In this document: positions 10,306 to 20,898 of the stretch, piece by piece | Position numbering within the stretch: position 1 is the first letter of the stretch | Layout of the letters: every line of letters begins with the position of its first letter | Source of the DNA: a virus | Taxonomy: Duplodnaviria; Caudoviricetes | DNA length: 61,499 nucleotides | IMG/VR virus record: IMGVR_UViG_3300035701_000030 | Coordinates: 1 to 61,499 of that record | Reading direction: 5' to 3' (one strand) | The notes under the pieces: model-generated | Seen by the model: the letters and a program-made list of their open reading frames with translations, nothing else | The model's database searches: none | Told to the model about the DNA's origin: nothing | Program-made: the position numbers and the translations under genes

Positions 10306-11031
10306 ATGGGTTTAGGACCAACACCACAATATTTAGCTCAATATAATAACTACGTTTTACCGGGCTATGTTCAAAGCGAAGATATGGAGTCCACTATTAA
10401 TATTGCCTCCCACTATGGCGCTTATCTAGATGGGTCAGATTCAGAGTATGTAGGGCTATCTAATAAATCCCTTAACCTATCCCTTAAGGTATGGGAACAA
10501 GATTATTTATCTTGTAAACAGCAAATAGAACTAGCAGCTACTATGATTAGAAGTTCCAAGATATTTACTAACCTGTATGTTCAATACACTGATCGTCATT
10601 ATGTAGCTTTAGCTAAATCTATTAAAATGTCCAAGTCTGTTCCATCTTCGGTGCGTACATTAGATTATAGTGTAGAGTTTGAATGCAAGCCGTGGCTTGT
10701 TGGGGAGACACTTCATTCAATTAGCTCAGATACCAATGAGGTAGGTCGCACAATAGCCGATGGTGGCTGGACACCTACGGTTGTAACCCTAACAGGCAAT
10801 AGCGTAAGTGGAATTGTAGACTGGGACGGCCAATCTACGGGCAATATTGTTACCACAGGGGTTACTAACATGGTTATAGATACCGAAGCGTTTACCGCTA
10901 CAATGGACGCAGTTAATAGAAATGATCTTATTACTACAAAAGATTATAGGCTATACGTTGGCCCCGGAAGAACAATCTTTACGGTAGATGGCTCTGCCAC
11001 AATTCAATATTACGATAGATATTATATATAG
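10306..11031 (+). CDS. Distal tail protein (Dit)
   Basis: 241 aa immediately after tape measure; VEFECKPW and C-terminal YVGPGRT..IQYYDRY typical of siphophage Dit. Confidence 0.75.
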   Translation: MGLGPTPQYLAQYNNYVLPGYVQSEDMESTINIASHYGAYLDGSDSEYVGLSNKSLNLSLKVWEQDYLSCKQQIELAATMIRSSKIFTNLYVQYTDRHYVALAKSIKMSKSVPSSVRTLDYSVEFECKPWLVGETLHSISSDTNEVGRTIADGGWTPTVVTLTGNSVSGIVDWDGQSTGNIVTTGVTNMVIDTEAFTATMDAVNRNDLITTKDYRLYVGPGRTIFTVDGSATIQYYDRYYI

Positions 11032-11077
11032 ACTAATAAGATAGTCACTCAAATACAATTGAGGTAGGTGGGCAGGA

Positions 11078-14000
11078 ATGGAATACCAAGAGGTAGGACA
11101 GGCAGAAGTACAGATAGTACTTACTGATATCCAAGTCTATGCCCAAGCAGATTCCCAAATATTAACCATTAATTACGCTGTAGGTAATTCTGTTACCCAA
11201 ATTCTTGCTACATATAGTGAGAGTGGACAAGCGCTTGCTATAATACAAATTCCCTCACTACCAGTTTATTTCTATGATTCATTTACTAGGACCACTACCG
11301 CTCCACCGGCTAATGTGGGTACTGCCGATACTGGACAGACTTGGTACTGGAACGACTACGATGAAAATTTAGGCTTCGCCCTATCCACCTTACATGTAGA
11401 AAGTGGAGCTTTGGTATTACCAAATGAAGGACCCGCCCATTCAAATTATGATGCTATAAATGGTGCTCCCTCAATTGAAGAGGGAGAATTTCTAATAGAT
11501 TTTTGGGTACCAGCAGCAGGAGATATTTATCTTGATTTTAGATGGTTTGACAAAAATTGGTATATAGTAGTATTTGATACTTCTGAAACAACCTTTACTC
11601 TTGCGGGAGATATAGGGGAAACAGTATCAATAACAGGTAGGGATGCGTGGTATAGGCTCCGAGTAATAGTAGAAGGCAGTATTTCAAGTACTAAGGCACA
11701 TATATGGAAAATAGGGGAAACTGAGCCTATTACTTGGACCCAAATACAATCTACATGGAAATATATAAAATCTAATTTAGATGGTATTAGCAACTATGGG
11801 GTACCTTATAGAAACTTACTTCCAATATTTGATATCTATAATACTCCTCTTAATGAAGCGGCTAAGTTTGATAATATAACAGTTTCGGGTTATGGATATA
11901 CAGTATATAATCAAGGGTTTGGTCTTGCACAGACACAAATTCTTACTACATATAATATATATTCACAGGCTGACTCATGGACAGTATATCGTCAGGAGAC
12001 AGGAGAATATATTTGGCCGCAATTTGGACAGGCATATGCTCATATACTTACTATAGATGTACAGGCATATAGTCAAGCATTGGCTATGATAGCTCTTCAA
12101 AGATATACTACAACATTTTCAGATACATTCAGCAGAGTTACCACCCCTAATCCATTTAATTTAGGTACTTCGGATAGCGGCCATACATGGAATTGGTCTA
12201 ATTGGGCAAGTTCTACTCCTCCTACTGCTATTTATACCGATGGTTCTAACCTTATCTTTACAAGTGGTGGAAATAGTGCTTATACTATTTACCCTTCTGG
12301 CCCTTCCCCATCTTCTGGAAGTAATTATGTAGATCTATTATATGATATATGGATAACTAATTCTTATGATAGTAATCACTATTTTTATTGGTTTGAAAAA
12401 GATTGGTGGTTCTATATATATGATAACAGCGGCTCTACATTTGGGATATGGAGTTACGGTGGTTCTGGTGGCTATGCAGTTATTCGTAATTCGTTCTATA
12501 GAGTCAGAGCAATATATGATCCTACTGGTCCCGGTGGAATCTATTTAAAGGCCCATATGTGGAAAGTAGGAGATGCTGAACCCGGTACTTGGACAACTCT
12601 ACAGGTTCAGAAAGTTTATAATTACAATTCACCGGGAAATACTTATTATAATCAATCCCCTATTTTATATTGGGGTAAGCCATCTAGTGAAGCAGGAAAA
12701 CTTGATAATATTGCTTATAATAGTGTTTATAATACTGTATATAATCAAGGTCAAGCACAAGCACAAACAAATATTCTAACCACTTATCAACAGTACGGAC
12801 AAGCGCATGTAACTCTTAACCAGTCTCAATATACCGGACAGGCTTTAGCAAGCATCCTTTCAGTATATCAAAATTATTCTCAAGCACAAGCAAATATTCG
12901 TAAATCTGCTGGATACGGACAAGCAAGGGCATTACTTAATCGACACTGGGCTTTTGCCATCGCCACATTCTATAGCTTTAACCCTACTCCGGGGGCTATA
13001 AATAAATGGAATAACCATGCATATGCTCAAGCCCATATAGTAAAAAGAAATATAAGGGCTTATGGCTTAACAAGTGTACTTAATGTTTATAGAAATCCTG
13101 TTTCTGGTGCATATATATGGCCAAAATTTGCACAAGCAAATACAAAAATTATCTTAACCGGCATACAAAAATATGGCCAAGCACAGGCTTGGATGAATCT
13201 TATCATACGGCCAGCGCAAGCAATTGCTCAAATTATAAACACAGATGATGGTTATAGACGCGCTGTTCTAGCAGACCTCCCAATGGTCTATTATCCACTA
13301 GATGATGGGGCACCGGCTGGAACAAATCTAGTTAGATTCCCCGTTGGAGGGTCTGCAAGTTATACGGGCTATAATCAATATAGTGCTTCGTATGCCTATG
13401 CTAAAGCGGCAGACGGTATTCGTTCAGATGGCTGGGCTGCTTCTGGATATGCCTCGGAGCCACCAGAAGTCCGTCGTTGGTGGCAAGTAGATTGGACTGT
13501 TCCACAAACTATAAAAACAGTACGATTAATTAATCGGCCCAGTTATACATTCGGTTATGGGCGAATAATATTTAGTGACGGTACCTATTATTCAGTTACA
13601 TTTCCTAATTCAGGAAACGAGTCCCAGCTTTATTTCGTAGATGTTACAAATGTAACATCTATGCGTATAATAAGTGACGGAGGAGGCAATTCTAATCCCG
13701 GTTTCTCTGAAGTAGAAGCCTATATTGATATTGAAGTAGATACGCTTCATTCTATAGTGGGCAGAAGAAACGCTAGTTGGTGGTACAGCACAGTACCGCC
13801 ATCCTTCTCCCAAACACCCGCAATTCTGTCTGGAACATCCATCTATTTTGGCAATAATAAAGCCCTAGATGCCGGACAAAATATGTGGAGTGCCGATGCT
13901 ACTACTACTTTACCCCTAGCTATTCCCGGTCAGCACGGCCAAGAAAATAATATGAATGTAATCTCCCCTACATGGTGGGGCAAAGCGGGGGATGTTGTTA

Positions 14001-17000
14001 CTATCCATATAACGACTCCACCAACGTCTGCTGATATAGGTATATATCAAGTTGGTGGGGAAAACCAATGGTGGAGTAAGAACGGGTATCAGACCACCGG
14101 TGGTTTGGTTGGAACTGCTGGAAGAGATGTTCCATTTACATTAACTTCTACAGGCCCCCACTTTGTATACCTATGGACCTATAATGCAGGATATACGGGT
14201 ACAGGTACCGTTACTATTACAGGAAGCCCGATAGCCCCTGAGTCTACTATTCCAATGGCCGCAGGATCAGCTATAACAGTTGAAACTTGGGTCAAGTGGG
14301 ATGGTACTACCGACTACCGCATGATATTAGGATTCGACAATTATAACTTTTCCATTTTTGCCGGTAAATTAGGATTTGAGGTTCCTACTAATCAGTATTG
14401 GTCAACAGCAAGTGCTGTTTTAATTGCGGGAGTTTGGTATCATGTTGCTGCTGTTATGTATACGGAGCAACCAGTTGGTACTGCTAATAAGATATATGTT
14501 AATGGGGTACTCCAAAGTTTATCCGGCCAAAATCCAACAGGTTATTTTCAAGAATACTTTAATATAGGTGGTTGGAGTGCGAGTAATAGCTATAACGTAT
14601 ACTCTACTCTAGATGAATATGCTGTATTTAATTATGAATTAACAGCAGAACAAATTCTTGCTCATTATCAAGCAAGAATAATTATGTGGCACGCTCAAGC
14701 ACAGGCTAGAATTATTGGTTTTGGATATCCTGTATATGCTCAAGCTCTAGCAATGATAAAGGGTTTGGAGTTCGCTCAAGCCCAAGCGCATATCTTTGGC
14801 TCATATCCTCGATATGGGCAAGCATTAGGTCTGATAACCAGAGATGGTGAAGGCTTAGTACGGATGATTTGGACAGGTGAGTATACCCCTTATCCTGAAA
14901 ATATTATTGCTTGGGGCATAGAAGACCAGTCGGGTCAGATATATTATGATAATGGCGGAACTCCGGTACCTGATTATCCCGGCACTAATGCTGGTGCTGC
15001 ATGGACAACCAGATTTACTGCTGATGCTACTGGTACTTGGTCATTTAGAACAGTATCGGATGATAACTCCGAAGTAACTATTGATTCTGTTGTTATAGTA
15101 GCAAACTATAGTGATCAATTTACTACGGTTGGTACGGGACACGGTGATTGGGACCGATTTGGACCTGTTGAATTAACCTTGGGCCAAGAGTATAACCTAC
15201 ACGTTAGATGGACTCAAGGTGGAGGACCGTACACAATCCATGTCTATTATAAGCGGCCAGCAGATTCGACATGGAACTTATTATTAGATAATAAGCCCCC
15301 GTGGTTGCCCGTAAGTAAGATAAGAGTTTGGGCACAAGCGCAAGCGCAGATTTTACGTCCACCTAATATTAGAGATTATGCCCAAGCACAGGCTCGTATA
15401 TTAGCGTATAAAGTTAAGGGATATGGACAGGCGCAATCTAGATTACTAGCATTTAATCAAAATGTATGGGGACAAGCGTTAGCTTTCGTAGGGCATTTCC
15501 AGTCAGGTAACGCCCAAGCCCGTATATTAGCGTTTAATATAAATAAGTACGGCCAATCCCAAGCTAATATTCTTAAATCAGCGGGATATGGCCAAGCACA
15601 AGCCAAGTTAAATGCCTTTAATGTTAACAGGTATGCTATAGCGCACGCTAAATTAAGAGCATTTAATGTTAACGGCTTTGGACAGGCGCGAGTAACTGTT
15701 CTGCGCTCTGCATCGGGATTAACACAGGCGCGAATTAAGCAGACCTATCCTCTATTCTATCTTAATAACTATGCCTTATCCTCATTAGGAGCAACGGCTA
15801 CAGCACTTCCTGCTGAGCTTACTATACCTAATCCTAACGATTCTAATTTTGGCGGGCCAATAAATACTATAGATGGTAACTCTCTATCATTATGGGAAAG
15901 TTTAGTAAACGTTGCACCCGAAAATGACGATGAAAGAGTTAAATTAATAATCGATCTAGGACAGCATAGGGTAATAACGGGCTATTATATATTACCAGAT
16001 AAATATAACTCTACAGTAAGTCTACAATGGCATGGAAGCCCCGGAAACACTATTCCCGTTACCCAGTGGGTTACTATTGTACCTAATATATATCTTCCAG
16101 TTAATATTTCTACTCCGTTAAGTGGAGATAATGCTGTTAGAGGATTTATAGCCCCTAGCAATCAAAGATGGTGGCGATTAATAGTAACCAATGGCGGGGA
16201 CGGAAATAGGATATCATTGGCTACATTTGGTTTAGGCGTAGGGCTAATACAGAGTGGAACATTTGCTCAGGCAATGGCAATGTTTGGGCACTATGCAGTA
16301 GCACAGGCAGCATATTATATCTCCCCAGCATTCGATCAGAACGTTTATGGACAGGCGCAAGCGGATATAGTTCAGACCTACCAGATATACGGACAATCGG
16401 AAGCGTGGTTAATACCTCCTACCCAATGGTCACAGGCTCTAGCACAAATCATACAGACTTACGCCCTTGATTCTAACGCTATGGCATGGATAATACCCCC
16501 TACTCAGTGGAGCCAAGCCCTTGCTACTATTAAAGCATATGATATAGAGGCTTATGGATTCGCTAAAGCACATCTTATAGGGCACTATGCTAGATTTGGA
16601 AATGCTAGAACTTATGTCTCCAAAACACAAGGTTATGCTCATGTTGCTGTAAGTGTGTTTAAGAGGGGTAACATCGCAAGGGGCGGGGCTATAGCATACA
16701 TAGGGCACTTCCAATTCGCACAGGCAGGGGCCTTTATCTTATGGCTTGCGGCATACTCTAACGCCCAAGCGCAAATTAAAACAGATTATATCAAATCTGC
16801 TCAAGCTATAGCAGTTATACAAAGATTTGATAAGTGGGGCCTAGCAAAAGTCCATATATTACAGGATTATAGGGTTTATTCTCAGTCCATTGTACTTCTA
16901 AATCGAACTTGGGGCATAGGATTAGCAAATTCTCAAATTCATAGAACATACTATAGGTGTGCTAGTACTAGAACATGGATAAAAGATATCTATCGTGGCT

Positions 17001-17941
17001 ATGCTCAGACAGAGGCGTGGATAACGCTTAGAAACCTTAAGATTTATAGTCAAGCAAGAACGTTTGTTGTAAAGACAACAATTAGGGGGGCACAGGCACA
17101 AGTACAGATAGGCGGGTTCCAATATAGCCAAGCACAAGCGCGAATACTGGCTTATAACGTCCCTAAAGTAGCTCAATCGGCTGGTTATATACTTGCTAAT
17201 ATAAATATTGTGCCCCCAATCCCTACGAGCGGGATGGCTAGATATCTTGTTCAGTATAATGGCCATCTAGTACCGGGATATGCTCAGAGTGAGTCCTATG
17301 ATTCGATAGCCAATACCGCTTCGCATTATACAGCCTATTTTGATAGTTCCTTAAGCGAATATATAGGGCTAGAAAATAAAATTATTAGTCTTACCATGAA
17401 GGTATGGGAGCCAACCTATCTTGAATGTAAACTAAAAGTGCAGGAAGCTGCAACAATATTAAGGTCAGTTAGAAAGCAATTTGCTAGATTATATATACAA
17501 CGCACAGATAGGTATTATTTAGCTATGCCAAAGAGCCTAAAGATGGCCAAGGATGTTTCTTCAAGCGGAAAGTTTATTGATTATGATATGGAATTTGAGG
17601 CTAAACCTTGGATAATAGAGGATAGAATAAACACTATTTCTGGCACAGGGATAATAGATACAGGAGCTAGATTTGGCGGCTGGACCCCAACTACTATTCT
17701 TGTTACTGGAACAGACATTACAATAAGCGGACTTACGGAGCAGGGGCAAGATACGGGAACTATCTCAATAAGTGGGTATGTAGAAAACTTTGTTGTAGAT
17801 ACAGAGGACTTTACATCAGGGAACAACGCAGTAATAACTCCAAAGAATTATGGCATATATGTAGGGCCGGGAAAGACATACTTCACTATATCAGGGGCTA
17901 CTAGTTGCATAATTACTTATCAAAATAGGTGGTATTTATAG
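11078..17941 (+). CDS. Giant tail/adsorption protein: AQA repeats, duplicated beta domain, LamG, two F5/8-like, PA14-like domains, C-terminal Dit paralogue
   Basis: LamG motifs (YYPLDD, TVETWVK, WYHVAAV, IYVNG, LDEYAVFNYELT), F5/8 (WWQVDW..I.TVRL, FSEVEAY; LIIDLG..RWWRL), PA14 (WSFRTVSDD, WTQGGG); last ~235 aa align with 10306 ORF. Confidence 0.8.
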   Translation: MEYQEVGQAEVQIVLTDIQVYAQADSQILTINYAVGNSVTQILATYSESGQALAIIQIPSLPVYFYDSFTRTTTAPPANVGTADTGQTWYWNDYDENLGFALSTLHVESGALVLPNEGPAHSNYDAINGAPSIEEGEFLIDFWVPAAGDIYLDFRWFDKNWYIVVFDTSETTFTLAGDIGETVSITGRDAWYRLRVIVEGSISSTKAHIWKIGETEPITWTQIQSTWKYIKSNLDGISNYGVPYRNLLPIFDIYNTPLNEAAKFDNITVSGYGYTVYNQGFGLAQTQILTTYNIYSQADSWTVYRQETGEYIWPQFGQAYAHILTIDVQAYSQALAMIALQRYTTTFSDTFSRVTTPNPFNLGTSDSGHTWNWSNWASSTPPTAIYTDGSNLIFTSGGNSAYTIYPSGPSPSSGSNYVDLLYDIWITNSYDSNHYFYWFEKDWWFYIYDNSGSTFGIWSYGGSGGYAVIRNSFYRVRAIYDPTGPGGIYLKAHMWKVGDAEPGTWTTLQVQKVYNYNSPGNTYYNQSPILYWGKPSSEAGKLDNIAYNSVYNTVYNQGQAQAQTNILTTYQQYGQAHVTLNQSQYTGQALASILSVYQNYSQAQANIRKSAGYGQARALLNRHWAFAIATFYSFNPTPGAINKWNNHAYAQAHIVKRNIRAYGLTSVLNVYRNPVSGAYIWPKFAQANTKIILTGIQKYGQAQAWMNLIIRPAQAIAQIINTDDGYRRAVLADLPMVYYPLDDGAPAGTNLVRFPVGGSASYTGYNQYSASYAYAKAADGIRSDGWAASGYASEPPEVRRWWQVDWTVPQTIKTVRLINRPSYTFGYGRIIFSDGTYYSVTFPNSGNESQLYFVDVTNVTSMRIISDGGGNSNPGFSEVEAYIDIEVDTLHSIVGRRNASWWYSTVPPSFSQTPAILSGTSIYFGNNKALDAGQNMWSADATTTLPLAIPGQHGQENNMNVISPTWWGKAGDVVTIHITTPPTSADIGIYQVGGENQWWSKNGYQTTGGLVGTAGRDVPFTLTSTGPHFVYLWTYNAGYTGTGTVTITGSPIAPESTIPMAAGSAITVETWVKWDGTTDYRMILGFDNYNFSIFAGKLGFEVPTNQYWSTASAVLIAGVWYHVAAVMYTEQPVGTANKIYVNGVLQSLSGQNPTGYFQEYFNIGGWSASNSYNVYSTLDEYAVFNYELTAEQILAHYQARIIMWHAQAQARIIGFGYPVYAQALAMIKGLEFAQAQAHIFGSYPRYGQALGLITRDGEGLVRMIWTGEYTPYPENIIAWGIEDQSGQIYYDNGGTPVPDYPGTNAGAAWTTRFTADATGTWSFRTVSDDNSEVTIDSVVIVANYSDQFTTVGTGHGDWDRFGPVELTLGQEYNLHVRWTQGGGPYTIHVYYKRPADSTWNLLLDNKPPWLPVSKIRVWAQAQAQILRPPNIRDYAQAQARILAYKVKGYGQAQSRLLAFNQNVWGQALAFVGHFQSGNAQARILAFNINKYGQSQANILKSAGYGQAQAKLNAFNVNRYAIAHAKLRAFNVNGFGQARVTVLRSASGLTQARIKQTYPLFYLNNYALSSLGATATALPAELTIPNPNDSNFGGPINTIDGNSLSLWESLVNVAPENDDERVKLIIDLGQHRVITGYYILPDKYNSTVSLQWHGSPGNTIPVTQWVTIVPNIYLPVNISTPLSGDNAVRGFIAPSNQRWWRLIVTNGGDGNRISLATFGLGVGLIQSGTFAQAMAMFGHYAVAQAAYYISPAFDQNVYGQAQADIVQTYQIYGQSEAWLIPPTQWSQALAQIIQTYALDSNAMAWIIPPTQWSQALATIKAYDIEAYGFAKAHLIGHYARFGNARTYVSKTQGYAHVAVSVFKRGNIARGGAIAYIGHFQFAQAGAFILWLAAYSNAQAQIKTDYIKSAQAIAVIQRFDKWGLAKVHILQDYRVYSQSIVLLNRTWGIGLANSQIHRTYYRCASTRTWIKDIYRGYAQTEAWITLRNLKIYSQARTFVVKTTIRGAQAQVQIGGFQYSQAQARILAYNVPKVAQSAGYILANINIVPPIPTSGMARYLVQYNGHLVPGYAQSESYDSIANTASHYTAYFDSSLSEYIGLENKIISLTMKVWEPTYLECKLKVQEAATILRSVRKQFARLYIQRTDRYYLAMPKSLKMAKDVSSSGKFIDYDMEFEAKPWIIEDRINTISGTGIIDTGARFGGWTPTTILVTGTDITISGLTEQGQDTGTISISGYVENFVVDTEDFTSGNNAVITPKNYGIYVGPGKTYFTISGATSCIITYQNRWYL

Positions 17942-20671
17942 ATGTTACAAGTGAGAATTAGCACTCCAGAATTCTCTGACGGGGTAAACTTTGTTGATCC
18001 CATAGTACTAGAAAAAGCAACTGATATATCCTTGCGCAAAACAGTTAGTTCCAGCGAGGAAGGCATTCAGTTTAAAGTTCCTATCAACGATATTAAAACT
18101 CCTTTTATAACCTATCTTAGATGGTGGGAATGTTGGGATACTGAAACAAATACTAGATTAAATTATGGGCCTATAGAAAGCATTAATAGGTCAGGGGGAG
18201 ATTCCAAATCTGTTTCGGGGCCGGGAAGATCCGCCTTGTTTAGAGATTATTATAAGAGTATTCAAACATTTTATTATCCAATTAACGTATTCTTAGATGA
18301 TCTTCGCTATGAAAACCTATCTTCCGAACCTAGAACAACTGCTCTTATTAATCAGGATACCTCTTCTGCCTATTATGGCGTAAGTAAGCGTAGCAAGGAT
18401 TATGTTATAGATGAACAAACGGGGTATGTTGCCGTGGGAAGAGATACACCCTCTAGGGGTGTTATTAAAACATCCCAATTTTGGTCGGGAATAGGCAGAG
18501 CAGATCATATTATAGTTGATCTTGGAGAAAAGTATAAAATATCAAAATCTAGGATAATTCTTCCGTGGTGGGGAGGATCTACGCAGACTTATAGTAGAAC
18601 ATATGATTGGAGTTGGCAGTATTCAAACGATAATGAGGGCTATACTTCTATATATACATCGCCAATACCTAACTACAGCAAAACTACTAATGCAGGTGGT
18701 ATAGGCCAAACTATTTATACAGGAGAGAGTGGCTTTGAGGATAGCCAGCATACAGCCACTAGCGGTGCGATAGATGCTAGGTATTGGAAATTAGATATAA
18801 GCAATACTCATGCTTGGTACGGAAATTTCTTTGTTGCAGGAACCCTTACTGATGAGTGGGCGTGGGAGTGCGGTGGTAGTAACACGTTTAAAGGTGATTC
18901 TAAGCCATCTCCCGCTACTACGAGCGGGTCCATTATACCTACTACGGATATCAACCCAAATAGCGATTGTTATGCTTCTGTTATTGAGCTAAGTCTTATG
19001 AAAAAGATAGTTGGGATGGATACTATTACTGACTTAGCCTATCACCAAATTCAAGGTGATAATAAACAAATAACTTATTGGCACATGCCAACAGAAGCGG
19101 AAATGATAGGGGGAAAAAAGTTTGAACCGGGAACGTTCTTTAGAAAGATAAAAGTATCTGGTTCCCCCGGAAAGATTAAGGATGAGTATAACACTATTAT
19201 TGCTGATGGCAACAATAGTGGTAATTGGATAAAAACCCCTGCTTATTGTAGGTTGGTTTTATTTGAGAGTGCCGCTAGGGTATTAGAAGTAGATACATGG
19301 CCCGGTAAAATGGATGCCTTTTCTTATGGTGGTAGCTATTCCTATAGTGAAATGGCTAATGACTATGCTATTTTAAATTTTAGGGGAATATCAATAAAGT
19401 GGTTTGCTACTATACCATCTGGTAAAACTCCCGGTACAGTATCAATAGAGCTTAGAAGTAAAACAGGAACAGACTCTTGGAGTGATTGGGATTTTCTAGA
19501 AGACAGTCTAACCCTGCCCTCTGATGTATCAGGGACAAAGGTTTGGGAGATAACTGTAGAATCAGAGATTTTAGTAGATGAAACCTCTTATCAACTAAGA
19601 ATAACTAATCTGGATGGTGGATTTGTATCAATAGACGCGTTTGCGGGGTATTGGTCAGCTACCATGTCGGATTATAATGAGGATCACGCTCGTATATCGT
19701 TTAGAATCCCCGCTGAGATTAATCAGATATTTGATTCTAAATTTACTAATGGTAGTGCCTATAAATTTATCGAGCCCGGAGAATATACTAAAGGCGGGTT
19801 GGGATTTATGGGAGATAGGGTTATAATATATTCCAGAAAAGGTGTTGATTATGGCCTAATTGATCTAGCTATAATAGGTAAAACTTCCGTAGGAGAAGCC
19901 GTAGTTATACACATACCGGGGGGTAATCCAAACGGGACTCTTACAGTTGATTTGGATAATCCTACGGATGTACCACAGTTTATTGTTTTTGATAGTAATG
20001 ATTATTTTGAAAATGGTCTTCCGTGGGATTGGTATAGTGCTATTGTTTATAAGCCAGAAGATCCTGATCCCATGTGGGTTGATGGTTGGTCTGTTCACGA
20101 AACCAACGGCCTTAGTGTTAAGTTTATGAATACTAATTACTTGGATATAATAAAATCTACATCTGAGGCTCTTCAAATGGAGTGGGATGTTACTGAGCTA
20201 GGTCTAAAAATTGTTCCGAGATTAGGTGAGGATACAGAAATTATATTTGCTGAGGGTCGAGGTACAACCATTGATATCGATGATACAGAAGACATTGGTG
20301 AAGTAGCTACTATGCTACTTGCTACTGGAGCCGATATAGATGGACTTCCCATGTCTACAATAGTAGAGGATAAAAAGACAAGAGCAATAATGGGTAGAAC
20401 CATTCAAAGAACTTATGACTCTCTTAGGAATACAGCAGACTATTTTACACTAATCGGAGCTTCTAGAACAGAGTTAATTAGGAGAAGAGAGCCACAGAAA
20501 AGAGTAACTGTTAAGCGTGCAACTGATATGCCTATACATGAGGGAGATAGTTTTATTGTTAAGAAGGCAGAGTTAGAATTAAGAGTTCGTGCAAATAGCA
20601 TCACTAGAACCCAATCAAATGGTGGTACAGAATGGTCTGTGGAGTGTGTAAAATGGCCAGCGATAGCTTAA
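17942..20671 (+). CDS. Tal-like baseplate hub / minor tail protein with inserted carbohydrate-binding-like domains
   Basis: Follows Dit; hub-like ends (LDIIK..SEALQMEWDV..LG..T.I.FAEG); internal IIVDLG..ARYWKL and two galactose-binding-like repeats (FRG.SIKW..SIDAF; FMGDRVIIY..KG.DYG..VDGW). Confidence 0.7.
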   Translation: MLQVRISTPEFSDGVNFVDPIVLEKATDISLRKTVSSSEEGIQFKVPINDIKTPFITYLRWWECWDTETNTRLNYGPIESINRSGGDSKSVSGPGRSALFRDYYKSIQTFYYPINVFLDDLRYENLSSEPRTTALINQDTSSAYYGVSKRSKDYVIDEQTGYVAVGRDTPSRGVIKTSQFWSGIGRADHIIVDLGEKYKISKSRIILPWWGGSTQTYSRTYDWSWQYSNDNEGYTSIYTSPIPNYSKTTNAGGIGQTIYTGESGFEDSQHTATSGAIDARYWKLDISNTHAWYGNFFVAGTLTDEWAWECGGSNTFKGDSKPSPATTSGSIIPTTDINPNSDCYASVIELSLMKKIVGMDTITDLAYHQIQGDNKQITYWHMPTEAEMIGGKKFEPGTFFRKIKVSGSPGKIKDEYNTIIADGNNSGNWIKTPAYCRLVLFESAARVLEVDTWPGKMDAFSYGGSYSYSEMANDYAILNFRGISIKWFATIPSGKTPGTVSIELRSKTGTDSWSDWDFLEDSLTLPSDVSGTKVWEITVESEILVDETSYQLRITNLDGGFVSIDAFAGYWSATMSDYNEDHARISFRIPAEINQIFDSKFTNGSAYKFIEPGEYTKGGLGFMGDRVIIYSRKGVDYGLIDLAIIGKTSVGEAVVIHIPGGNPNGTLTVDLDNPTDVPQFIVFDSNDYFENGLPWDWYSAIVYKPEDPDPMWVDGWSVHETNGLSVKFMNTNYLDIIKSTSEALQMEWDVTELGLKIVPRLGEDTEIIFAEGRGTTIDIDDTEDIGEVATMLLATGADIDGLPMSTIVEDKKTRAIMGRTIQRTYDSLRNTADYFTLIGASRTELIRRREPQKRVTVKRATDMPIHEGDSFIVKKAELELRVRANSITRTQSNGGTEWSVECVKWPAIA

Positions 20672-20898
20672 AACAAGTAGGCAAAGATCTAAAGCACACA
20701 CAGGATCAAACCAACCACTCAACCCGCAGATTTGCTCAAAATTTACCTACAGTAGAAAAAAGTTTAGATAGAGTAGGTACATTATATACGTTTAGGATGG
20801 ATTTTTATACTCATACTACATCTCCTAGTGTACATATTTATATTAAAGTTTTACCCCGTTTTAGAAGTATGAGATATGTTGGTGCAGGAAATGGATAA
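20653..20898 (+). CDS. Small tail-tip protein (paralogue 1)
   Basis: SD GGAG; N-terminus shared with next two genes. Confidence 0.6.
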   Translation: MASDSLKQVGKDLKHTQDQTNHSTRRFAQNLPTVEKSLDRVGTLYTFRMDFYTHTTSPSVHIYIKVLPRFRSMRYVGAGNG

